This document shows, piece by piece, positions 1 to 11,539 of a stretch of DNA of 64,000 nt. This stretch comes from Chthoniobacterales bacterium. Its GTDB lineage: Bacteria > Verrucomicrobiota > Verrucomicrobiia > Chthoniobacterales > Chthoniobacteraceae. The notes under the pieces are model-generated. The model ran no database searches. It worked only from the letters and a program-made list of their open reading frames with translations, and was not told where the DNA came from. Position 1 is the first letter of the stretch, and each line of letters begins with the position of its first letter. A program made the position numbers and the translations under genes. The stretch spans positions 160,001 through 224,000 of the forward strand of contig JBBQZX010000001.1 in assembly GCA_038207335.1 (NCBI GenBank), in the 5' to 3' direction.

Positions 1-1
1 C

Positions 2-3000
2 ACGAGCACGTCGTTCACGCTTTCCGCGTGGATTTACTGCACAAATACCTCCGGCGGCTACAACACGGTCTTCGGCAATCTCGGCTCAGGCGCGGGAACG
101 CTCCATGCCGGGCTTGGCAGCAACGTCGCGAAGACGCATTTCGGCTTCGATGGGAACGATGTGAACGGCGCGCTGACCGACATCGCGGGCGGTAGCACCA
201 GCGTGAATCAGCCCGGCTGTTGGTACCACCTTGCATTCGTCTATGACTCTTCGGCCCAGACGCAGCGCATCTTCATCAACGGCATCCCGGAGATCACGCG
301 CACCGGCGTGACGAACAATCTCAAAATCTCCGATGTCCTCATCGGCAACTGGAACACAACGACGGACGCATCGAACGACTTCCGTGGCCGCATCGACGAT
401 GTCGCGATCTACGCCAGCGCGCTCACCGGCCCGCAAATCGCGTGGCTCTACAACGGCGGCGACGCAAACACTCTGCCCACCGGGTCTTTTTCCTCGGCGA
501 AATTGCCGGGCTTCACCAACGCCGCGGGCAAATGGGGCGTGCGGGAAATCAAGAACTACACCGCTCCGACGAACAGCCCGGGGATCGGCTACGGCGTGCT
601 TGTGAATGCCGAGCGCATCGCCCGCGCGCCGACTACGACGTCCTCGGGCGTGCAACTGGACTACCTCACGCCGCTGATCAATTTTGCCGACCCCGAGAAC
701 GGCGGCGCGAGCAACTTCGACAACACCTCCGCGTTCGGCACGGACACACCTGCCGACGACAACAGCTTCATGATGATCGCCAAATGCGCGGTCCGCATCC
801 CGGTCGAGTCGGATTACAGCTTCGGCTTTCGCAGCGACGATGGCGCGCGGTTGCGCGTGCTCGGCCAGACCTTCATCTCGTCCTACGCGATCAATGGATC
901 GGCCGGAAATACAGCCATCCCTGCGCATCTAGGCGACAGCATCCAATATACAACCGGCACGGGAAACAGCGGCACGATGGGCGTCGTGCATCTCACGCCC
1001 GGCGACTACAATCTGGAGTTCTTGTATTGGGAAGGCAGCGGCGGCTCGTATGCCGAAGTCTTCGCGGCGACGGGCGCGAAGACCTCCTTTGACAGCACTT
1101 TCCAGCTCATCGGAAATACCGCAGCGGGCGGGCTGGAGATCGTCCGCGACCCGGACACCTATCCGCGCATCCCGGCGTTCACGGTGGCTGGCGGGGGCTC
1201 GATTTTCGTGCACAACGGCCTGCCTGCAAACGCGACGTTTGCGTGGCAGACGAACGCCGACTCTTTGCCCGGAACTACCGTGAGCATTAGCCCGACGATC
1301 GGCACGGTCGCGGCCAGCGGCAGCACTACGATCCCGACGCCCGCGCAATCCACGACCTACACGATCACCGTGTCCAACGCCGTCGAAACCGCGACGAAAA
1401 CTGTGCGTATTTTTGTCGATGAAGCGCCGGTGATCAACAGCTTCACGGCGAATCGCACGACAGTCACGACGAGCGCGCCCGTCACGCTGAACTGGTCGGT
1501 CGATGGAGCGACGACGCTCACGCTCGATCCGGGAAATATCAACGTCACGGGGCAGACGAGCCGCGTGGTGAATCCGGCGACCACAACGACTTACACGCTC
1601 ACGGCATCGAACGTCGCGGGGTCCGTGCAGCTGCCGCTCACCATCACGGTCGGGCCGCCGCCGGTCATCTCGTCGTTCACCACGAGCGACGCGAATCCGC
1701 TCTACGGCGCGCAGGTCACGCTCGCGTGGAGCGCGTCGAATTTCGACACGCTCTCGATCGATCAGGGCCTCGGCGCGGTCTTCGGGGCGAGCGGCTCCGT
1801 CACGGTAGCGCCGCTTGTCACGACGACTTACACTTTCACCGCGACGAACGGTTTCGGCTCGGTGACCGCGAGTGTGGTCGTGAATCAGCCGACCCCGATC
1901 GGCGTGAATGCAAGCGGCTTCACGGTCACGCGCTACAATGCAAGCACGTCGCTCCCGTTTACTGGAATGGGATACCTTCAAAGCGCCGACGCGCTGATCG
2001 CAGGGACAAATCTCTCCGGCGCGCCCATCACTGCGACAGGGGTGACTTCCATCAATTACTCCGAGGGTGCGGACGGCGAATTTACGCCGGGCAACACGGC
2101 ATTCCCCGGCACCGCCGCCAGTGGCGTGAACTTCGCTTTGCGTGTCACGGGCATTTTGAATGTGAACACGCCGGGCGAATACACGTTCGTGCTGAACAGC
2201 GACGACGGCGCGCGGCTGCGCGTCGATGGGCAGGATGTGATCGTCGATGACGCGACCCACGGGCCGAGTTCGAATTCCGGTAAAGTAACGATCACCAAGG
2301 CGCAGGTGCCGATCGAGATCGTCTATTACAATGCGCCGACGAATGGCGGCAGCGCGGGCGCGGAACTGGAGTTCGCGTGGATTCGCCCGAACCTGCAATG
2401 GACTCTCCTCGGCAGCGTCACGCCAACGCCGCCCGTCGTGCTAGGGCAGGTGATGATTTCCGAATTCGTCGCCGACAACAACAAGTCGCTCGCCGATGAA
2501 GACGGGACGTTTGCGGACTGGATCGAGATTTGGAATTCGACCAACGCGACCGTCAACTTGAGCGGTTATTACCTCACCGACGACGCCGCGACGCCGAACA
2601 AATGGGCCTTTCCCACAGGCCCCGGCTGGACACTCGGGCCGAACAAATACCTTGTCGTCTTCGCATCGCAGAAAGATCGTCGGCCCGCGCAGGCAGTCGC
2701 CGGGCAGGACAATCCGGGAACCGCTGCGCAGCCGCATCTGCACACGAATTTCAAGCTGCCAAAAGGCGGTGGCTATCTTGCACTGAACAAAGACAACGGC
2801 TCCGGCGGCTTCGCCCCCGTCACGGTTTTCGCCGCCTATCCGCCGCAGCTTACCGACGTGAGCTATGGCACGTCGGACGCCGAGAGCTACCTCGGTTTCA
2901 TGCAGACGCCGACGCCCGGCCAGCCGAACACCGTATCGTTTGCCGGCTTCGTCTCCGACACGAATTTCGACCACGCCCGCGGACGTTACACCGCACCATT

Positions 3001-5926
3001 TTCACTCGCCATTACGACCGCGACGCCCGGCGCGACGATCCGATACACGACGGATGGCAGCACGCCGACGCTTACAAACGGCACGACCTACACCGGCCCG
3101 GTCCCAATCAGCGCGACGACTGCCATCCGCGCCACGGCCTTCAAGACCGGCTGGAAGCCGACGAACGTTGATACGAATACGTATATTTTCACCGCCGATG
3201 TCGCGAACCAGACTTCGGCCACTGCGATAGCGCTTGGCTTCCCATCCGGCTCGGTGAATGGCCAGGTCTTCCGATATCCGGTGGCGCTCGCAAATGTCGT
3301 GGACGCGGGCGGCGGCAAGGCGAAGACCTTCACCGATGAACTCGCCGCGATGCCGACCGTTTGCATGAGCACGGACATCGGGAATCTTGCGGACCCGGCG
3401 ACGGGGATCTACGCGAATCCGGCGAAGCACGGCCTTTTCTGGGAGCGCCCCGCCTCCATCGAATACCTCAACGCAGCCGGCGGCTCCGAGTTTCAAATCG
3501 ACTGCGGCACTCGCGTCCGCGGCGGGTACTCGCGTTCGACCAACAATCCAAAACACGCCTTTCACCTCTTCTTTCGCGGCAGCCTGTACGAGGGGGATTT
3601 GAAATATCGGCTCTTCGGCGCGGCTGGCGCGGATCATTTCAGCCAGATCGATATGCGCTGCGAAGAGAACTATTCGTGGAGCTTTGCCAACGACTCGAAG
3701 AACTTGCTCGTGCGCGAGGAGTGGAGCCGCCTCACGCAAGCAGACATGGGTCAGCCCTACGCGCGCACCGGGTACTTCCACCTCTTCATCAACGGCATTT
3801 ATTGGGGCGTGTACAATTGGGAGGAACGCACGGAAGCGTCGTTCGGCGAGACCTACCTCGGCGGCTTGAAAGACAACCAGGACACTGTGAAAAGCGCGGG
3901 CAGCCCCTCATACGACACCGAGATGACCGACGGAAACTTTGCCGCATGGAAGTCGCTCTTCGACCAGAGTGTGGCACTCAAGAACGATACGACTTCCGAG
4001 GCGAGCCGCACCGCGCGATACCTGCAAATGCGCGGGCTGAATCCCGATGGTACGCGCAACCTCGCCTACCCGGTGCTGCTTGATGTCGATAACCTCATCG
4101 ATTACCTGCTCGTGATTTTCTATGACGGCAGCTTCGACGCGCCGCTCTCCACCTTTCTCAACAACGCGTCGAACAACTGGTTCGGCGTGCGCGACCGCGC
4201 CGGGCAGAAGGGCTTTACCTACTACGCCCACGACAACGAACACGGCTTCGACAGCAACGGCGCGACGAACTCCTACAACCGTGTCGGTCCGTGGGGCGAC
4301 ACCGGCACAAACAACTGGGGCCAAGTCGAATACAACACGCGGACGACTTTCTCGAAAAGCAACCCGCAATACCTCCACGAATTCCTCTGCTACAGCGCGG
4401 AGTATCGCCTGCGCTTCGCCGACCGACTGCAAAAGCATCTCTTCAACAACGGCGCGCTCACCACGGTGAAAGCCACCGCGCGCTTCAACGCACTCGCCGA
4501 CCAAGTGGCCACCATAATCGATGCCGAGGCCGCGCGCTGGGGATCCACGTCGCTCAACCGTAACTCCTGGCTCACCGCACGCGCCGGCGGCATCACCTTC
4601 ATGAACACGGGCGGGAACGTTGCAGCCAACCATCCCGCGATGCAGGGCGGCGACCGGACAAATTTGCTGCTGCAATTTTTCCGCAGCTACACGGACAATG
4701 GTGCGAAACCGCTCTATCCTGTCACCACCACCGCGAGCAGCATCCCGCTACCGGCCTTCAACGCGCCGATCTTCACCGGGAATTTCGGCGGCCCCGTCGC
4801 CAAGCCCTACAGTTTCACCATCGGTAATTCCAACGGTGCCGGCACGATCTACTACACCACTGACGGCACCGACCCGCGCGCCATCGGCGGAGCCACGCCC
4901 TCGGGCACCGCGATCTCTGCCCAGAGCCCCGCATCCGTCACGCTCACGCAGCCCGCCACCGTCCGCGCGCGCATCTACAATGGCGCGTTGCCGACCCCGT
5001 GGAGCGCCATGACCGAGGCGAATTTCCTCGTCGGCTCCGCGCCCTCCGCCACTACGCTCGTGGTCTCGCAAATCCACTACAACCCGGCTGGCGCGACGAA
5101 TCTCACGCAGTTTATCGAGGTCATGAATATCGGCGCGATCCCGCTCGATCTGACCAATGTGCGCTTCACGCTCGGAATCACCTTCACATTCCCGAGCGGG
5201 TATATGCTCGCGCCTGGCGCGCGAGCGGTCATCGTGCGCGATCAGGCCGCATTCGCCGCGGCGTATGGCAGCAGCGTGCCGGTCGTTGGTGTTTTTCCAA
5301 GTGGCACCTTTCTCGGTCTCAGCGGCGCGCGACTGCAAATCACCAACGCCTCGAATACGATCATTCGCGACTTCACCTACGCTACCACCGCGCCGTGGCC
5401 GACTAGCCCCAACGATGGTGGGCCGAGCCTCATGCTCATCCGCCCCGAGACGAATCCCAATCCCGCCAGCGGCGCAAACTGGCGCGCGAGTTCGCTCGCC
5501 GGCGGCAATCCCAATTCCACCGACAGCTTCCGTTACAGCGCGTGGGCCGCTGCGAATAACATCACCGACCCTGCCGGCGACAACGACCGGGACGGCATCT
5601 CGAACTTCCTCGAATACGCGCTCGGCACCGACCCGAACGACCCGGCATCCGCCGATCGTCCGACTTTTGGCACTCAGGCAATCGATGTCGGCGGCACGGT
5701 TTCCGACTACCTCACGATCACTTTCCCGCGCGCCAGCAATCGCGACGACGCGACGTATTCCGCCGAGGCAACCGCCGACGTGACCACCGCTTGGAGTCCT
5801 GCCGTGCTCGTCGGTTCGCCGACTTTCAACGGTGACGGCACCGAAACGCTCACCTACCGCTACCCGCAGCCGAAGTCCACCGACGCGAGCCAATTCCTGC
5901 GACTGCGCATCACGACCGCGCCCTGA
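2..5926 (+). CDS. Giant secreted/surface protein, 5'-truncated: LamG + PA14-like x2 + Ig/PKD-like repeats + lamin-tail (LTD) + chitobiase/Fn3-associated + CotH kinase domain + second LTD
   Basis: The frame is open from nt 2 (TSTSFTLSAWIY... LamG). Motifs: WYHLAFVYD/FRGRIDDVAIY (LamG), SDDGARL twice (PA14), ISEFVADN..DEDG..DWIEI (LTD), IRYTTDGSTP, RGGYSR..PKHAF/LFINGIYWGVY..EER (CotH), C-terminal DNDRDGISNFLEYALGTDP and FLRL. Confidence 0.85.
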   Translation, partial: TSTSFTLSAWIYCTNTSGGYNTVFGNLGSGAGTLHAGLGSNVAKTHFGFDGNDVNGALTDIAGGSTSVNQPGCWYHLAFVYDSSAQTQRIFINGIPEITRTGVTNNLKISDVLIGNWNTTTDASNDFRGRIDDVAIYASALTGPQIAWLYNGGDANTLPTGSFSSAKLPGFTNAAGKWGVREIKNYTAPTNSPGIGYGVLVNAERIARAPTTTSSGVQLDYLTPLINFADPENGGASNFDNTSAFGTDTPADDNSFMMIAKCAVRIPVESDYSFGFRSDDGARLRVLGQTFISSYAINGSAGNTAIPAHLGDSIQYTTGTGNSGTMGVVHLTPGDYNLEFLYWEGSGGSYAEVFAATGAKTSFDSTFQLIGNTAAGGLEIVRDPDTYPRIPAFTVAGGGSIFVHNGLPANATFAWQTNADSLPGTTVSISPTIGTVAASGSTTIPTPAQSTTYTITVSNAVETATKTVRIFVDEAPVINSFTANRTTVTTSAPVTLNWSVDGATTLTLDPGNINVTGQTSRVVNPATTTTYTLTASNVAGSVQLPLTITVGPPPVISSFTTSDANPLYGAQVTLAWSASNFDTLSIDQGLGAVFGASGSVTVAPLVTTTYTFTATNGFGSVTASVVVNQPTPIGVNASGFTVTRYNASTSLPFTGMGYLQSADALIAGTNLSGAPITATGVTSINYSEGADGEFTPGNTAFPGTAASGVNFALRVTGILNVNTPGEYTFVLNSDDGARLRVDGQDVIVDDATHGPSSNSGKVTITKAQVPIEIVYYNAPTNGGSAGAELEFAWIRPNLQWTLLGSVTPTPPVVLGQVMISEFVADNNKSLADEDGTFADWIEIWNSTNATVNLSGYYLTDDAATPNKWAFPTGPGWTLGPNKYLVVFASQKDRRPAQAVAGQDNPGTAAQPHLHTNFKLPKGGGYLALNKDNGSGGFAPVTVFAAYPPQLTDVSYGTSDAESYLGFMQTPTPGQPNTVSFAGFVSDTNFDHARGRYTAPFSLAITTATPGATIRYTTDGSTPTLTNGTTYTGPVPISATTAIRATAFKTGWKPTNVDTNTYIFTADVANQTSATAIALGFPSGSVNGQVFRYPVALANVVDAGGGKAKTFTDELAAMPTVCMSTDIGNLADPATGIYANPAKHGLFWERPASIEYLNAAGGSEFQIDCGTRVRGGYSRSTNNPKHAFHLFFRGSLYEGDLKYRLFGAAGADHFSQIDMRCEENYSWSFANDSKNLLVREEWSRLTQADMGQPYARTGYFHLFINGIYWGVYNWEERTEASFGETYLGGLKDNQDTVKSAGSPSYDTEMTDGNFAAWKSLFDQSVALKNDTTSEASRTARYLQMRGLNPDGTRNLAYPVLLDVDNLIDYLLVIFYDGSFDAPLSTFLNNASNNWFGVRDRAGQKGFTYYAHDNEHGFDSNGATNSYNRVGPWGDTGTNNWGQVEYNTRTTFSKSNPQYLHEFLCYSAEYRLRFADRLQKHLFNNGALTTVKATARFNALADQVATIIDAEAARWGSTSLNRNSWLTARAGGITFMNTGGNVAANHPAMQGGDRTNLLLQFFRSYTDNGAKPLYPVTTTASSIPLPAFNAPIFTGNFGGPVAKPYSFTIGNSNGAGTIYYTTDGTDPRAIGGATPSGTAISAQSPASVTLTQPATVRARIYNGALPTPWSAMTEANFLVGSAPSATTLVVSQIHYNPAGATNLTQFIEVMNIGAIPLDLTNVRFTLGITFTFPSGYMLAPGARAVIVRDQAAFAAAYGSSVPVVGVFPSGTFLGLSGARLQITNASNTIIRDFTYATTAPWPTSPNDGGPSLMLIRPETNPNPASGANWRASSLAGGNPNSTDSFRYSAWAAANNITDPAGDNDRDGISNFLEYALGTDPNDPASADRPTFGTQAIDVGGTVSDYLTITFPRASNRDDATYSAEATADVTTAWSPAVLVGSPTFNGDGTETLTYRYPQPKSTDASQFLRLRITTAP

Positions 5927-5941
5927 TTTGGGCGTTCGTGA

Positions 5942-7219
5942 TTAGTCGCGGAATTCGCGGGCGACGAGCGTGGCGTTGTGGCCGCCGAAGCCGAAGGAGT
6001 TGTTGAGCGCAACGCGGACTTTTTTCTGGCGCGCGACTTTCGGCACGTAGTCGAGGTCGCACTGGGGATCGGGGTTGTCGAGATTGATGGTCGGCGGGAT
6101 GAGGCTGTTCTGGATCGCGAGGACGCAGACGATCGTCTCGACCGCGCCCGCGGCACCGAGCAGGTGACCGGTCATGGACTTTGTCGAACTCACGACGAGC
6201 CCGCCGTTTTCGCCCGCACCGGCGCGCGCGACGTGATCGCCGAAGAGGGACTTGATGGCCTTTGTCTCACACACATCGCCGACCGGCGTGGAGGTGCCGT
6301 GGGCATTCACGTAATCGACGTCGGTGAGGTTGAGCCCAGCTTTATCGAGCGCCATTTTCATGCAGCGCACGGCTCCGCGACCCTCGGGATCGGGCGCGCT
6401 CATGTGGTAGGCGTCGGACGTGAGGCCGTATCCGACGATCTCGCCGTAGATGCGAGCGCCGCGTCTTTTTGCATGCTCGAGTTCCTCGATGATCACGATG
6501 CCCGCGCCTTCGCCCATGATGAAGCCGTCGCGATCTTTGTCGAAAGGACGCGACGCGCGCGTGGGGTCGTCGTTGCGCGTGCTTAGTGCTTTCATGGCGG
6601 CGAAACCGCCGATTCCGAGCGGCACGATTGTGGCTTCCGAGCCGCCCGCGGCAAAGACATCGGCGTCGCCCTCGCGAATCATTCGCCATGCCTCGCCGAT
6701 CGCGTGTGCAGCGGTGGAGCACGCGGATACGGGCGCAAAATTGGGCCCGCGCCAGTTGAATTCCATTGAGACGAGACCGCTCGCCATGTTCGAGATCATC
6801 ATCGGGATCATGAACGGCGAGATGCGTCCCGGCCCTTTGTTCATCAGGATCGTGTGCTGATCGGAGATCGACTTCAGCCCGCCAATGCCGCTGCCGATGA
6901 TAACTCCGCACCGGTCGCCCTCTGTGTCGCCGATTCCGAGCAGCCCTGCGTCTTCGATCGCCATCTTCGCCGCCGCCATCGCGAACTGCGAGTAGCGGTC
7001 TGCCCGCCGCGGGTCCTTGGGGTTCTTAAACCATTTCGCCGGCTCGAAATTCTTCACCTCGCCGGCGATCTGGCAGTCGTAGTCCGTGATGTCGAATAGC
7101 GTGATGCGGTCGATGCCGCTGACTCCATTTGTAATGCCCTCCCAGAAGGTGGGAAGATCATGTCCGACAGGTGAAATGACACCCATCCCGGTAACGACGA
7201 CTCTGCGTGGCTGGCTCAT
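5942..7219 (-). CDS. fabF: 3-oxoacyl-ACP synthase II
   Basis: [14 protein letters not shown] (catalytic Cys), [25 protein letters not shown]. Start chosen at MSQPRR. Confidence 0.96.
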   Translation of the reverse strand: MSQPRRVVVTGMGVISPVGHDLPTFWEGITNGVSGIDRITLFDITDYDCQIAGEVKNFEPAKWFKNPKDPRRADRYSQFAMAAAKMAIEDAGLLGIGDTEGDRCGVIIGSGIGGLKSISDQHTILMNKGPGRISPFMIPMMISNMASGLVSMEFNWRGPNFAPVSACSTAAHAIGEAWRMIREGDADVFAAGGSEATIVPLGIGGFAAMKALSTRNDDPTRASRPFDKDRDGFIMGEGAGIVIIEELEHAKRRGARIYGEIVGYGLTSDAYHMSAPDPEGRGAVRCMKMALDKAGLNLTDVDYVNAHGTSTPVGDVCETKAIKSLFGDHVARAGAGENGGLVVSSTKSMTGHLLGAAGAVETIVCVLAIQNSLIPPTINLDNPDPQCDLDYVPKVARQKKVRVALNNSFGFGGHNATLVAREFRD

Positions 7220-7417
7220 AAAAAGGGCGTTACCGAAAAGGCATTTGCGCCCGGTGGCAAACGGAAAGAGAGGGTGCCCGCAAAGCCGCAGCCGAAGATT
7301 TTCCGTGAAATCCATTCCTCGTTGCGTCTTCTCGGCTTTGCACGAGCTACATTTTCGCCTTTGAAAATTGCGGCGAGAGGCTTGTCAGGGAGCTTTCAGA
7401 CTGACAAAAACCGCCCC

Positions 7418-8653
7418 ATGAAACCCTCCCTCCGACTCCTCCCATTCCTCCTCACTGCCGCCGTCGCGAGCGCCGCGGAGCCCGTGCCGACCGGCGAGTT
7501 CGAGAAGATTCAGCTCACGGATCAGTTTTGGGCGGAGGGGGCGAATGTCGGTGATTTTAACCACGACGGGAAACTCGACGCGGTTTATGGGCCGTATTGG
7601 TGGGAGGGGCCGGACTTCAAGAAGCGGCACACGTATGCCGATGACTCACACGTTTCAAAGATCAAAAAGGACGGCGGCACTGAGGAGACGATCGCCGGAT
7701 ACAAAGGCGCGCTTTCCAACGAGAACGAATACTCGAAGAACTTTTTTGCCTTCACTCACGACATCAATGGAGACGGATGGGACGACATCATCATCCTCGG
7801 TTTTCCCGGCGAGGCGTCGTGGTGGTTTGAGAATCCGAAAGGCGCTGAAGGACCGTGGAAGCAGCATGTGGCAATTGATTCGACCGATGGCGAGTCGCCG
7901 ACTTTCACGGACATCACGGGCGACGGAAAGCCGGAGATCGTGTGCATGTCGGGCGGCTTCATCGGCTACGCGGAGTACGATGCGAAGCACCCGGAGGAGA
8001 AATGGGCGTGGCATAAGATCAGTCCGAAAGGGCCGTGGCAGCGGTTCACGCACGGCTTCGGGATCGGCGATGTGAATGGCGACGGGAAGCTGGACATCCT
8101 CGAGCAGAGCGGTTGGTGGGAGCAGCCGGCGTCGCTCGCGGGTGACCCGGAATGGGTGAGGCACGAAGCACTTTTCGGCGGCGGCGGCGCGCAGATGTAT
8201 GCGTACGACGTGAATGGCGACGGGAAGAATGACGTGATCACGAGCCTCGCGGCGCACGGGTATGGGCTCGCGTGGTTCGAGCAGACGGCGGAGGGCTGGA
8301 ACAAGCACGTCATCGTCGGCGACAAGCCGGAGCAGAATCCGCAGGGCGTGAAATTTTCGCAGCTCCACGCGATCGATCTCGTGGATATGGACGGCGACGG
8401 GCTGAAGGACATCGTGACTGGGAAACGCTTCTGGGCGCACGGACCGACGGGTGACGTGGAGCCGGGAGCCACGCCGGTGTTGTATTGGTTTCAGCTCGTG
8501 CGCGAGGGCGGGCAGGCGAAGTTTGTCGCGCACCTGATCGACGACAATTCTGGCATCGGCACGCAGGCCGTGGCGACCGACATCAACGGCGACAAGAAGC
8601 CGGATGTGGTGATCGGAAACAAGCGCGGGGCGTTCGTGTTTTTGAGAAAGTAG
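7418..8653 (+). CDS. Secreted FG-GAP/VCBS repeat beta-propeller protein
   Basis: Signal peptide MKPSLRLLPFLLTAAVASA and about 7 DxNGDGxxD repeats. Confidence 0.85.
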   Translation: MKPSLRLLPFLLTAAVASAAEPVPTGEFEKIQLTDQFWAEGANVGDFNHDGKLDAVYGPYWWEGPDFKKRHTYADDSHVSKIKKDGGTEETIAGYKGALSNENEYSKNFFAFTHDINGDGWDDIIILGFPGEASWWFENPKGAEGPWKQHVAIDSTDGESPTFTDITGDGKPEIVCMSGGFIGYAEYDAKHPEEKWAWHKISPKGPWQRFTHGFGIGDVNGDGKLDILEQSGWWEQPASLAGDPEWVRHEALFGGGGAQMYAYDVNGDGKNDVITSLAAHGYGLAWFEQTAEGWNKHVIVGDKPEQNPQGVKFSQLHAIDLVDMDGDGLKDIVTGKRFWAHGPTGDVEPGATPVLYWFQLVREGGQAKFVAHLIDDNSGIGTQAVATDINGDKKPDVVIGNKRGAFVFLRK

Positions 8654-8810
8654 GCCGAGCCGTTCATGTTGTTGGGCTGGCGTCGTCGTCGCGTTGCTTA
8701 CTGATCGTCTGCAACCGCTTCGGTATTAACCCCGATGCAGGTCCCGGGGGCCTCGCGAATCCTTTGCCAGAGCCGATTCACGCCTCATTCACCTTCGTGA
8801 AAGTAAAGCG

Positions 8811-8838
8811 TTGCCAGTCAATCGGGATTTCCTAGACT
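8811..8838 (+). promoter_or_regulatory. Possible sigma70-type promoter of hppA
   Basis: TTGCCA-16 nt-TAGACT, ending about 30 nt upstream of the ATG. Confidence 0.35.
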
Positions 8839-8869
8839 CCCGCCCCCTTCCCAAAACCGACCGACCCAT

Positions 8870-11002
8870 ATGTCCATTCTCGCAGCGTCTTTCCTCGAAT
8901 ATTCCGGTCTTCCGATCGCCATGATTTGCGCGGTCATTGCACTCGCCTTCGCGGTTTATCTCATCAAAGGAATCCTCGCCGCGCCGGCTGGAAATGAGCG
9001 CATGAAAGAAATTGCGCGGGCCATCGAGGAGGGCGCAAAGGCATACCTTGGGCGGCAAATTCGATCCGTCAGCCTCATCGCCGTGGGGTTGTTTTTCATC
9101 GTCGGGTTTGCCCGCGATTGGGCCACGGCGCTTGGTTTCCTGCTCGGCGCGGTCTGCTCGATGGCCGCCGGTTTCATCGGAATGCGCGTCGCGGTGCTGG
9201 CCAATGTCCGCACCGCGCAGGGCGCGATCGCGAGCCGGCAGAAGGCGCTGCAAGCCGCATTCAACGGCGGCGCTGTGACAGGTCTGCTCGTCGTGGGGCT
9301 CGCGCTTTTGTCGGTCGGCCTTTTCTACCTGCTCATGGGGAAAGTGAACCCGCTGAATCAAGTCAGCAGCCTCGTTGGCGTGGCGCTCGGCTCTTCGCTC
9401 ATTAGCGTTTTTGCGCGGCTCGGCGGCGGCATTTACACAAAGGCCGCGGATGTCGGCGCGGACCTCGTCGGCAAAATCGAGAGCGGACTCGATGAGGACG
9501 ATCCGCGCAATCCGGCGACCATCGCGGACAATGTCGGCGACAATGTCGGCGACTGCGCGGGCATGGCGGCGGACGTTTTTGAAACCTACGCGGTCAGCCT
9601 CATCGGCGCGCTCCTGGTCGCCGCGCTCACGCTCAAAGGCTCCAACGCCGCGCTCGTCTTTCCATTCCTGATGGGCGGCATTTCCATCCTCTCCTCAATC
9701 GTCGGCGTCATGTATGTGAACGTCACGAAATCCAAGCCCGGCACCGCGCTCATGGCCGGTGTCGGCGTCAGCACGCTCATCTCGGCGGTCGCGTTTTTCG
9801 TCCTCACGAAAATGCTTTTCCCCGTCGCCTTCTCATCGAACGACGGTCGCGTCATCACCTCCGGCGGCCTTTACCTTTCCGCCCTCATCGGCCTCGTTAT
9901 GACCGCCATCGTCGTCCTCATCACGAACTACTACACCTCCACCGCCTACGCGCCCGTCCGCAAAATAGCCAAGGCTTCCGAGACCGGCCACGCCACGAAT
10001 ATCATCGCCGGCCTGGCCATCGGCCAGCACGCCACCGCGCTCCCGGTGCTCTTCATCGGCGCGTCGATTTGGGGCAGCTTCCACTTCGCCGGGCTCTACG
10101 GCGTCGCGACCGCCGTCATGGCGATGCTCTCGCTCGCCGGCATCATCATCTCGCTCGATGCCTTTGGCCCGATCACCGACAACGCTGGCGGCATCGCTGT
10201 CATGAGCGGCCTGCCGAAAGAAGTGCGCGCCATCACCGACGACCTCGACGCCGTCGGTAACACCATGAAGGCCGTCACCAAGGGCTATGCCGTCGCCTCC
10301 GCCGGCCTCGCCGCGCTCGTGCTCTTCGGCTCGTACGCGGCCGAGCTTCACGCACATCTTTTTGAAAAGTGGCACGTTCTCAATGCCACGGCCTCCGATG
10401 TCGCCGTCGCCGCGCAGCATCTCGTGATAGATGCCGGTCTCACCTTTTCCCTCAGCGATCCCCACGTTCTCATCGGCCTCTTCATTGGCGGCCTGCTGCC
10501 GTTCATGTTCGCCGCATTCAGCATGGATGCGGTGGGCAAAGCAGCGGGCGCGGTCGTCAATGAAGTCCGCCGCCAGCTCAAGGAAAAGCCCGGCATCCTG
10601 CGCGGCGAAGACAAGCCGGACTACGGCGTCTGCGTCGATATCGTCACCAAGGCCGCGCTTCGCGAAATGATCCTCCCCGCGCTCCTGCCCGTGCTTGTCG
10701 TCGTGCTCGTCGCTTGGCTGCCAGGGCTTGGAAAAGTCGTCCTCGGCGGCGTGCTCGTCGGCACCATCGTCACCGGGCTGTTCGTCGCCATCTCCATGAC
10801 CTCCAGCGGCGGAGCATGGGACAACGCGAAGAAATACATCGAGGAAGGCAACCACGGCGGCAAAGGCTCGCCTGCGCACGCCGCCAGCGTCACCGGCGAC
10901 ACCGTTGGCGACCCCTACAAAGACACCAGCGGCCCCGCGATCAACCCCATGATCAAGGTCGTCAACATCGTCGCCATCCTCATCATCCCGATCTTCTTCT
11001 GA
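8870..11002 (+). CDS. hppA: Membrane-bound ion-translocating pyrophosphatase, probably K+-independent H+-PPase
   Basis: [48 protein letters not shown] has Lys at the K+-dependence position. Confidence 0.95.
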   Translation: MSILAASFLEYSGLPIAMICAVIALAFAVYLIKGILAAPAGNERMKEIARAIEEGAKAYLGRQIRSVSLIAVGLFFIVGFARDWATALGFLLGAVCSMAAGFIGMRVAVLANVRTAQGAIASRQKALQAAFNGGAVTGLLVVGLALLSVGLFYLLMGKVNPLNQVSSLVGVALGSSLISVFARLGGGIYTKAADVGADLVGKIESGLDEDDPRNPATIADNVGDNVGDCAGMAADVFETYAVSLIGALLVAALTLKGSNAALVFPFLMGGISILSSIVGVMYVNVTKSKPGTALMAGVGVSTLISAVAFFVLTKMLFPVAFSSNDGRVITSGGLYLSALIGLVMTAIVVLITNYYTSTAYAPVRKIAKASETGHATNIIAGLAIGQHATALPVLFIGASIWGSFHFAGLYGVATAVMAMLSLAGIIISLDAFGPITDNAGGIAVMSGLPKEVRAITDDLDAVGNTMKAVTKGYAVASAGLAALVLFGSYAAELHAHLFEKWHVLNATASDVAVAAQHLVIDAGLTFSLSDPHVLIGLFIGGLLPFMFAAFSMDAVGKAAGAVVNEVRRQLKEKPGILRGEDKPDYGVCVDIVTKAALREMILPALLPVLVVVLVAWLPGLGKVVLGGVLVGTIVTGLFVAISMTSSGGAWDNAKKYIEEGNHGGKGSPAHAASVTGDTVGDPYKDTSGPAINPMIKVVNIVAILIIPIFF

Positions 11003-11017
11003 GCCAAAGTCGATGCC

Positions 11018-11539
11018 ATGAATTCTCCGCTGGCAGTCGTTTCGGAATCCGGCATTCCGGTTCTCTTTGTCGGTGGGACCGCGGTGCAGATATACGGCTT
11101 CAGCCGCTTCACGAAAGATTTCGATTGCCTCGTGTCTCACGAAAATAGCGCGGCGTTGGCGGCCGTGCTGCAGGCAGCAGAGTTTGAGGAATTTGACCGC
11201 AGCAACGTAGTCGCCCGTTACAGACACGTCCGCCAGACGACCTGGCTGCTGGATACGCTCTTCGTGAATGGCGAGACTTTTGAAAAGCTCTGGGCCGACC
11301 GGCATGAGGCGAAACTCGGTGCGGTCACGGTTTTCGCCGCATCCCCAAAGCACATCATCGCGATGAAGCTTCACGCGATGACACAGAATGCGAACCGCGA
11401 GATGTTCGACCTCCTCGACGTGCTCGAACTCATCAAGCGGAAGCGCGAAACCTTTTCCCGCGACGAGCTGGCCGAAATATGCGAGCGCTATGGGACGCCG
11501 GCACTCCTCGCCAAACTGTTAGCCGCGTACGACCGATGA
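11018..11539 (+). CDS. Nucleotidyltransferase-fold protein (DUF6036/AbiEii-like)
   Basis: VGGTAVQIYG..RFTKDFD and IIAMKLHA...DLLDV. Confidence 0.7.
   Translation: MNSPLAVVSESGIPVLFVGGTAVQIYGFSRFTKDFDCLVSHENSAALAAVLQAAEFEEFDRSNVVARYRHVRQTTWLLDTLFVNGETFEKLWADRHEAKLGAVTVFAASPKHIIAMKLHAMTQNANREMFDLLDVLELIKRKRETFSRDELAEICERYGTPALLAKLLAAYDR

Noticed and set aside
8870..11002. Na+-translocating, K+-dependent PPase call
   Set aside because: GNTMKA carries Lys at the diagnostic position, which indicates the K+-independent class.
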